Positions 54,641-64,000 of a stretch of 64,000 nt of DNA are shown here, in pieces. The notes beneath the pieces were generated by a model. That model made no database searches, was not told where the DNA came from, and saw only the letters and a program-made list of their open reading frames with translations. Made by a program: the position numbers and the translations under genes. The DNA comes from the human T2T-CHM13v2.0 reference genome, Homo sapiens, in NCBI RefSeq assembly GCF_009914755.1, contig NC_060927.1; one strand, given 5' to 3'. Numbering within the stretch: the stretch's first letter is position 1; each line of letters opens with the position of its first letter.

Positions 54641-55479
54641 CACAGTCCTCCCAATAGGCAGGCCGACACAAAACCAACCCTGCTCTGTATCACTCCATGT
54701 ATTCCTGGTCATATTGTCACAGCCTGATGTGCACTGACCACCTCTGTGCTGTGCCACACTGAGGGAGCAGCTGCTCCAGCTAATTTCTACCCAACATTCA
54801 CCACCTGGAGGCAATGCATTGGCTCCTCAGGCTTTAGCATGGCAAGGGAACTTCACAAATAAGAAAGTTTAAAAATGATGTTACTCTCTTCAAAATCTTT
54901 TCTTCATTTGTAGGTGGCAGAAGGCAACAGATATATCACATCATTGAGTACCATGGGACATGTGTTCACACTTTAAAGTACTTAGGTGTTATTTCATGTA
55001 AATGTTGAGAAGGAAAAAAAAATCCTGTTTTTCTTGTCTCTTGGGAATCAGCTTTGGTTTTCTGAAGAAATAGTTCACAAATCTAAGGAAAATGATATAT
55101 CTATACTTATTTCCCTAAAGAGAACATAATTTTTCTTCTTTTGGTTGATAAGGATTTAATTGCATTTAGAAGGATTTAATCACATAAGGCTAACCAATGA
55201 AACACTAACTGTGGGCAGAACTCTGTTTCAGTTGGCCCTATTGGCCCTAAAATGTCATTGATAGTGACTAAATATACACATTACTCCTCTCCCCCGCCAT
55301 CCTTTCTCCTCCTTCCATTTCTCCTTCTCAGAACAGAGAAATAAAACGTCTAGGAAACCCATCATTTACTGGGGAAAGGAAGGGGACGTGTAACATTTCA
55401 AACTGTAATAAGGCATGAACTTGCCAAGCTGTCCATGTGGGAGGTTATAGCATGCCCAGAGAAGTTGCCCAGAAAATAG

Positions 55480-55680
55480 ACATGGTTTCCAATCAAAAAA
55501 ACTTAGACCAGTTGAAACTCTGGCTTTGGGCAATTTACTTAACTTCTCTGGGCATCAGTGTTAACTTATGTAAAATGGAGACAATCACAATATGTACCTT
55601 ACCCTGTTGTGGTAAGATTAAATAATTGGCACAGGGCCTGACACAATAAAGGTTAATGATAGCAGCTGTTAATTATTATC
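55480..55680 (+). mobile_element. MIR
   Basis: ttgggcaatttacttaacttctctgggcatcagt...tgtaaaatggaga...gtaagattaaataa. Confidence 0.75.
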
Positions 55681-55984
55681 CACGAATCAGTTTAACTTTA
55701 AGAAAATAACAACTACTTTGGCCATTCTAGCAAGTGTGTGGCAAAGAGGGATAACAGAAGCTCCTTTTGTGGAAGAACATGTAATTTGCCCTTTATTTGC
55801 ACAGTTTGGAATCATCATCATAACATCCTAATATGCCTTGAAATCCTGTGAAAAAACAGAAGTAAACAAGTAAAACCACCATAGCAACACTATGGCAGAA
55901 CTGAGTTCACTAAAAGATCTTGTCTCTTGCTCAAAAGGCTTGACTCAAGGAAAAGAACTAGGTATTTCTAGGTTCCCCTGCATT

Positions 55985-58900
55985 CATTTTTTTAAAAAAT
56001 TGTTGTGGGTACATATAAGATATGTTGTAGGTACATTTATGGGGTACAAGGGATATTTTGATGCAGGAATACAATACATAATAATCACGTAGGGTAAATG
56101 GGATATACATCATCTCAAGCATTTATCCTTTGTGTTACAAACAATCCTATCATATTTTTAAGCTATTTTAAAATGTACAACAAATTACTGTTGACTGTAG
56201 TCACCCTGTTATGCTATCAAATACTAGATCTTATACATCATATGTAACAACATCTGTGTATGCATTAACCATCTCCCCCTCCCCAACTACCCTTCCCAGC
56301 TTCTGGTAACAATCCTTCTACTCTCTCTTTCCGTGAGCTCAGTTGTTTTAAATTTTTAGTTCTCACAAAGAAGTGAGAACATGTGATGTTTGTCTTTCTG
56401 TGCCTGGCTTATTTCACTTAACACAATGACCTCCAGTTCCATCCAGGTTGTTGCAAATGACAAGATATCATTCTTTTTTATAGCTGAATAGTACTCCATT
56501 GTGTATATGTATCATATTTTCTTTATCCATTCCTCTGTTAGGGACACTTAGGTTGCTTCCAAATCTTGGCTAGTGTGAACAATGCTGCAATAAACACGGG
56601 GGTACAGATAGCTCTTCAATACACTGATTTCCTTTCTTTTGGGTATATACCTAGCAGCGAGTTTGCTGGATCATATGGTAGCTCTTTAGTCTTTTGAGTA
56701 ACCTCCAAACTGTCCTCCACAGTGGTTGTACTAATTTACATTCCCACCAACAATGTATGAGAGTTCACTTTTCTCAACGTCCTCTCCAGCACTTGTTATT
56801 GCCTGTCTTTTGCATATCTTTTCATTATTTTGTGTCCTCTTCAATAAGCCATTTTAACTGGGATATTACTGTAGTTTTGATTTGCATTTCTCTGATGATC
56901 AGTTATGTTGAGAACCTTTTCATATATTTGCCATTTGTATGTTTCTTTTGAGAAATGTCTATCCAGATCTCTGCTCATTTTTTAATCAGATTATTAGATT
57001 TTTTTTCCTATGGAATTGTTTGAGCTCCTTATATATTTTGGTTATTAACCCCTTGTCAGATGAATAGTTTGCAAATATTTTCTCCCATTCTGTGAGTTGT
57101 CTCTTCAAATTGCTTTCAAATTTGCTCTTCAAATTTGTTTACTTTGCTATGCAGAAGCTTTTTAACTTAAGCTATCCCATTTGTCCATTTTTGCTTTGGT
57201 TAACTGTGTTTGTAGGGTATTACTCAAGAAATCTTTGCCAAGACCAATGTCCTGGAGAGTTCCCCCAGTGTCTTCTTGTAGAAGTTTCATAGTTTGAGGT
57301 CTTATATTTAAGTCTTTAATCCATTTTGATTTGATTTTTGTATATGGCAAGAGATAGGGGTCTAGTTTTATTCTTCTGCATATAGATATTCAGTTTTCCC
57401 AGCACCACTTACTGAAGAGATTGTGTTTTCCTCAATGCATATTCTTGGCAACTTTGTTGAAAATGAGTTTGCTGTAGATGTATGGATTTATTTCTGGGTC
57501 CTCTATAGTGTTCCATTGGTCTATGTGTCTGTTTTTATGCCAGTACCATGCTGTTTTGGTTACTATATCTCTGTAGTATAATTTGAAGTCAGATAATGTG
57601 ATTCCTCCAGTACTTTTTGCTCAGGATAGCTTTAGCTATTCTGGGTCTTTTGTGGTATTATGTAAATGCTAAGATTATTTTTTTCTATTTTCATGAAGAA
57701 TGTCATTGGTATTTTTATATGGATTGCATTGAATCTGCAGATTGCTTTGGATAGAATGGGCATTTTAACAGTATTGATTCTTCCAAACCATGAACATGGA
57801 ATATCTTTCCATTTATCTTGTGTCCTCTTCAATTTTTTACATCAATGTTTTATAGATTTCACTGTGGACATCTTTCACTTCTCTGGTTAAGTTTATTCCT
57901 AGGTAGTTGATTTGTAGTTATTGTAAATGGAATTACTTTCTTGAATTATTTTTCAGATTGTCCACTGTTGGCATATAAAAATGCTACTGATTTTTGTATG
58001 TTGATTTTTATATCTTGCAACTGTACTCAATTTGTTTATCAGTTCTAATAGTTTTTTGGTAGAGTCTTTAGATTTTTCCAAATATAAGATCGTATCATCT
58101 GCAAACAAGGATAATTTGACATCCAACTTGGATACCCTTTATATCTTTCTCTTGTCTGATTTCTCTAGCTATGACTTCCAGTACTATGTTGAATAACAGT
58201 GGTGAAAGTGAGCATGTTTGTCTCATTTCAGATTGTAGGGAGAAAACCTTCAGGTGTTTCCCCTTCACTATATTAGCTGTGGGTCTGTCATATATGGCTT
58301 TTATTGTGTCAAGGTATGTTCCTTCTATACACAGTTTCTGTGGGTTTTTAATCATGAAAGGATGTTGAATTTTATGAAATGCTTTTTCAGCAAAAATTGA
58401 AATAATCATATCGTTTTTGTCCTTGTGTTCATATGATGTATCATTGATTGATTTGCATATGTTGAACCATCCTTGCGTAACTGGAATAAATCCCGCTTGG
58501 TCATGATAAATGCTTTTTTTAATGTGTTGCTGAATTCAGTTTGTTAGTATTTTGTTGAGGATTTTTGCATCTATATTCATCAGGGTTACTTGCCTGCAGT
58601 TTTTTTTTTTTTTTTTTAATGTGCCTTTGTCTGGTTTTTGTATCAGGGTGATACTAGCCTCCTAGAATGAATCTGCAAGTATTCCTTCCTCATCAGTTTT
58701 ATGAAACAGTTTGAGTAGCATTGGTATTAGTGGTTCTTTACGCATTTGCTAAAATTCAGCAGTTAAGCCATCAAATCTAGCGCTTTTCTTTGCTGAGCGA
58801 CTTCATTATGGCATTGATCTCATTACTTCGTCTGTTCAGGTTTTGCATTTCTTAGTGGTTCAATCTTGGTAGGTTGTGTGTGTCTAGAAACATATCCATT

Positions 58901-61900
58901 TCTTCTAGGTTTTCCAATTTATTGGTATATAGTAGCTCACAGTATCTTCTAATGATCTTTGAATTTCTATGATATCAATTGTAATGTCTCCTTTTTCATC
59001 TCTAATTTTATTTGGGTCTTCTCTTTTTTTCTGAAGATTTGTCAATTTGATTTCTTTTTTCAAAAAAACAACTTTTTGTTTCATTTACCTTTTGTATTTT
59101 TTCATTTCAATTTCATTTATTTCTGCTCTGATCTTTATTTTTCCTTCTACTAATTTTGGGTCTGGTTTTCACTTGCTTTTCTAGTTGTTTAAAATGTATC
59201 ATTAGTTTTTCTACTTTTTGATGTAGGCAATTACTACTATAAACTTTCCTCTGAATACTGCTTTCACCATATCTCATAGGTTTTGATACATTGCGTTTCC
59301 ATTTTCATTTGTTTCAATATATTTTTAAAATTTTCTTAATTTTTTCATTGACCCACTGGTCATTCAGAAGCATATTGTTTAATTTCCATGTGTTTGTATA
59401 ATTTCCAAAATTTCAGCTGTTATTGATTTCTAATTTTATTCCATGGTGGTCAGAGAAGATATTTGACATAATTTTTAAAAAAATGTTTTAAGATTTGTTT
59501 TGTGGCCTGAAATATGGTCTTTCCTCGAGAATGATCCATGAGCTGAAGAATGTGTACTCTGCAGCCATTGGATAAAATGTTCTGTAAATGTCTATTAGGT
59601 CCATTTGGTCTGTACTGCAGATTAAGTAAGATGTTTGCTGACTTTCTGTCTGGATGATATTTCCAATGCTGACAGTGGGTGAAGTCTCCAGCTATTATTG
59701 TATTGGGGTCTTATCTAATAATAACTTTACATAACATATATGAGTGCTCCAGTGTTGGGTGCATATATATTTACAATTGTTATATCTCTTGCTGAATTGA
59801 CCCCTTTGTCATATAATGACCTTCTTTGTCTCTTACCATAGTTTTTGTCTTGAAGGCTATTTTGTCTGATATAAGCATAGCTCCTCCTGCTCTTTTTGGT
59901 TTCTATTTTCATGCAACATCTTCTTCCATATCTCTTTATTTTTAGTCTATGTGTGTCTTTATATTATAGGCGAAGTGTGTTCTTGCAGGCAACAGATCAT
60001 TGCAGCTAGTTTTATTTATCCATTCAGCCACTCTACATCTTTCGATTAGAGTTTAGTCCATTTACATTCAATGTTATTATTGATGAATAGGATTTACTCC
60101 TGCTATTTTGTTATTTGTTTTCTGGTTGTTTTGTAGTCTTCTCTTTCTTCTTTCATTCCTTCCTGTCTTCCTTTTAATGAAGGTGATTTTCTCAAGTGAT
60201 ATGTTTTTATTGCTTGCTTTTTTATTTTTTCTAGATCTGTTTTAAGTTTTTGCTTTGAGTGTACTGTGAGGCTTGCAAATAACATCTTGTAACCCATTAT
60301 ATTAAACAGATGACAACACTGATTGCATAAACAATTAAACTAATAAAAACACTATACTTTTCATACCCCTGCTTTTTAACTTTTTGTTGTTTCTGTTTAT
60401 ATCATACTATCTATGTCTTGAAAAGTTGTGGTTATTATTTTTGATAGATTCATTGTTTAGTCTTTCCACTCAAGATATGAGTAGTTTACATACTACAATA
60501 GTGTTATGATATTCTTTATTTTTCTGTGTACTTACTATTACCAGTAAGTTTTCTACTTTCAGATAGTTTTTTATTACTCATTAACATCCTTTTCTTTCAG
60601 ATTGAAGAAAGAATCCTTTAGCATTTCTTGCAGGATAGTTCTGGTGTTTTGTTTGTCTGGGAAAGTCTTTATTTCTCCTAAATATACATGTTTGAAGGAT
60701 ATTTTCACTGGATATACTATTGTAGGTTAGAAGATTTTTTTTCCTTGAGTACTTTAAATATGTAATATCACTCTCTCCTGGCTTGTAAGATTTCCACTGA
60801 AACATCTGCTGCCATACATTTTGGAGATCTTTGTTATTTCTTTTCTCTTGCTGCTTTTAGGATCCTTTCTTTATCTTTGACCTTTGGGAGTTCATTAAAT
60901 GCCATGAGATAGTCTTATTTGGGTTAAATCTGCTTAGTGTTCTATTACCTTCCTGTACTTAAATATTGATATCTTTCTCTAGGTTTTGGAAGTTTTCTGT
61001 TATCCCTTTGAATTAACTTTTCTCTCTCTCTCTCTGCCTCCTCTTTAAGGCCAATAACTCTTAGATTGCCCTTTTGAGGCTATTTTGTAGATTCTGCAGG
61101 CATGCTTCATTGTTTTGTATTCTTTTCTCTTTTGTCTCCTCTGACTGTGTATTTTCAAACAGCTTGTCTTCAAGCTCACTAATTCTTTGTTTTGCTTATT
61201 TCTGCTATTAACAGACTCTGATGCATTCTTCAGTAGGCCAGCTGCATTTTTCAGCTCCAGAATCTCTGCTTGATTCTTTATATCTCCCTCTCTTCATTAG
61301 ATTTGTCTAATACAACTCTGAACTCCTTCTCTGTGTTATCTTGGATTCCACTGAGCTTCTTCAAAACAGCTATTTTGAATTCCCTTTCTGAAAGCTCACA
61401 TATCTCTCTCTCTCTCCAGGATTGGCTACAGGTGACTTAGTTTGGTGAGGTCATGTTTTTCTGGAAGGTCTTGATGCTTTGGGTGTTTGTCAGTGTCTGG
61501 GTTTTGAAGAGTTAGGTATTCACTGTAGTCTTTTCAGTCTGGGCTTGTTTCTGCCTATCCTTGGGAAGGCTTTCCAGGTATTTGAAGGGACATGGGTGTA
61601 GTCATCTAAGTTTTTGGTCACTTTACCCGTTTCTACTTTAGGGGTGCCCCAAGCCCAATAACACTGTGGCTATTGCAGGCTTGTACAGATACCACCGTGG
61701 TGGTCTTGGGTAACTTCCAGAAGAATTCCCTGGATTACCAGGCAGAGACTCTTGTTCTCATCCCTTACTTCCCTCCAAACAGATGAAATCTGTCTCTGTC
61801 TCTCTGTCTCTCTCCCCTCTCCTCTCTCTTTCTTTCTCTCTCTCTCTCTCTCTCTCCAGAGCTGCCTGAAGCTGTGGGAGGGGTGACACAAGCACTCCTG

Positions 61901-63580
61901 TGGCCACCGCCACTGGGACTATATTGGGTCAGAAATGAAGCCAGCCTAACACTGGGTCTCACCCAAGGCCTACAACAATTACTGCCTGGCTACCACCTAT
62001 GTTAACTCAAGTCCCAAGGGTTCTGCAATAAGTATATGGGAAATCCTGCCAGGCTTGTGTCCTTCCCTTCAGGGCAGTAAGTTCTCTCTGGCTCTGGTCA
62101 GGTCCAGAGATGTTTTCTGGGAGTCACGGCCTGGAGTTGGGAAATTTAGAAATCTACTTGGTGCTCTATTCTACCGCAGCTAAGCTGGCACCCAAACCAT
62201 AAGACAAAGTCCTTTCTGCCCTTCCCTCTCCTTTCCTCAAGCAGAGGAATCTCTCTGACCACCACTGCTCCGGGCACATGGAGAGTATTGCCTGGCTACC
62301 AATGACATTCACTCGAGGTCCAAGGGCTCTTCAGTGAGCTTGTGGTGAATGCTGCCAGTCCTGAGTCTCTCTCCTCAGGGAAGTTGTCTTTCCTCTGGCC
62401 CAGGACAGGTCCAGGAATGTCATTCAGGAGCCAAATCCTGAAATCAGAGATCCTAGGAGCCCACTTGATCCTCTGCCATACTGTGGCCAAACTGGTACCC
62501 AAGCGGCAAGATAAAGTCCTCTTTACTTTTCCCTCTCTTTTCCTCAAGCAGAAGGGATCTCTCCCTGTAGCCACCACAGCTGGGAATGTGCTGTTCACAA
62601 CTGAAGCCAGCAGGGCTCTGAGTCTCACTCAAGGCCTGCAGCAAGTACTGCTTGGCTATCACTGCTGATTATTCAGGGCCCAGTGCTCTTCGGTTAGCAG
62701 GTGATGCACTCTGCAAGAACTGAGTCCCTCCCTTCATTCAAGGCAGCAGGTTCTCTTCCAGCTCAGGGTATGTTTAGAAACGCTGTCTGGAAGCCAAGGC
62801 CTAGAACAGAGGCCTCAGGACTCTGCCTGGTGCCCTATGCTACTATGGCTGAACTAGTATCCAAGTTGCAAAACAATATCCTCTTTACTCTCTCCTCTCC
62901 TCTTCTGAAACAAAGGGAAGAAGGAGCTGCCTGGAGCTGTGAGCTGTGTTGCCTAGAGTTAGTGGGGAGCAGCTCAAGCACTCCCTTCACCAGCTGATAT
63001 CTTCTTAGGTCATGTGTACCCCAGGTCCACTGGTTCTGAGCTCAGTACAGGACCAGGACTTTCCTTGCAGTCCTTGTGGCCTAGACTGCCTTTCAAGTTT
63101 ATTTAGAACTTCAGAGCACTTTAGCCTGTGGTGGTGGAGCTTGCCGGAACTCAGGTTCTGACCATTGGCATGGACAATTTGCCTCTGGCTAGGGCTGGTC
63201 TAAATGCTCCCTCCTTGGGAACCTGCTGAGTTCTTCCTGGTGTTGCTTTCTACTGTGACAGGGCAACACTGAGTTACAATACAAAGTCCCACAATCACTG
63301 CACTCTCCTTCCCCCAAGCACAAAGATTCTTTCTCCACGTCTCATGGACTGTGCAGGAGAATGGCGGAATGGTGACATCAACCATTCAAGACTGTCTTTT
63401 CTACCCTCTTCAGTGCCTCTTTCCTTAATATACTGTTAAAACCAGATACTGCAATCACCCACCTGGTCTTTTGTTCTTATGAAGGTACTTTTTTGTATGT
63501 ACAGTTGTTCAATTTGGTGTTTCTGCCGGGGAACAACCACTGCAGGCTTCAATTTGGCCATCTTGCTCTGTCTTCCCCCT
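55985..63580 (-). mobile_element. Near full-length old L1 (L1MA2/3-like)
   Basis: Reversed 3'UTR (ctcaagcatttatcctttgtgttacaaacaatcc), decayed ORF2 (~56500-60110), inter-ORF, ORF1 remnant, ~2-kb 5'UTR ending ggccatcttg (YY1 site caagatggcc on the minus strand). Confidence 0.9.
61789..61856. repeat. (CT)n-rich microsatellite in the L1 5'UTR
   Basis: Directly visible. Confidence 0.9.
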
Positions 63581-63792
63581 GCCACCCCACCCCTCTCACA
63601 TTCTTGAAATGAGTAAAAAGCCTTCACGCTAAGCATGGCCATGGAATCTTCCCATGTTGAACTGTAAGATGAACAGAGTCATATTTCAAATAAAGAGATT
63701 AGGCTGACATGAATGATCATATTTTTAATAACTTATTAACCTAATTGCATGCCACAATTACATAGTGAGTTTTCATCTTTTAAATCAATTTT

Positions 63793-63944
63793 GGGGTGAG
63801 GGATGAAATACTACCTATTGGGTACAATGTTCACTATTCAAGTGATGGGTACACTTAAAGCCCAGACATCACCACTACACAATATATCCACGTAACGTAA
63901 CTGCACTAGTAGCTCTCAGTCTACTTTTTTGTTAAAAAAAAAAA
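63793..63944 (+). mobile_element. L1PB-type extreme 3' end
   Basis: gggtgagggatgaaatactacctattgggtacaatg...aaagcccagacatcaccactac followed by an A tail. Confidence 0.85.
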
Positions 63945-64000
63945 AGAGCAAAAACAACAGCAAGAGGAAAGATATATATTTAAGAAAAAAGCATTTCAAT

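Noticed and set aside
61982-62910. Spaced repeats that could be mistaken for a CRISPR-like or satellite array
   Set aside because: They are whole-unit diverged tandem repeats in an L1 5'UTR; eukaryotic context, no unique spacers or cas genes.

Overview
AT-rich, CpG-poor primate genomic DNA. AluY and L1PA3/4-like elements point to human or another ape. The window is intronic or intergenic, with no recognisable protein-coding exon, RNA gene, CpG island or CRISPR array. A large fraction is interspersed repeat: Alus (FLAM, J, S, Y), many MIR/L2, MER5/MER58/Tigger3 DNA transposons, THE1D/MLT1/ERV1 solo LTRs, two young L1PA copies (one twin-primed) and a near full-length old L1MA. All long ORFs are L1 ORF2 remnants or chance/antisense repeat frames. 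Subfamily names come from remembered consensus sequences, not a RepeatMasker run, and old-repeat boundaries are approximate. I found no new gene system. The notable signals are genome-dynamics footprints: (1) likely ectopic gene conversion between the two L1PA copies, limited to their co-oriented segment; (2) a ~150-bp inverted duplication inserted into an L2; (3) young and ancient twin-priming inversions; (4) perfect palindromes and a patchwork templated insertion; (5) a few minus-strand splice-site candidates, including an AG|GT recursive-type site with a 36-nt cassette.
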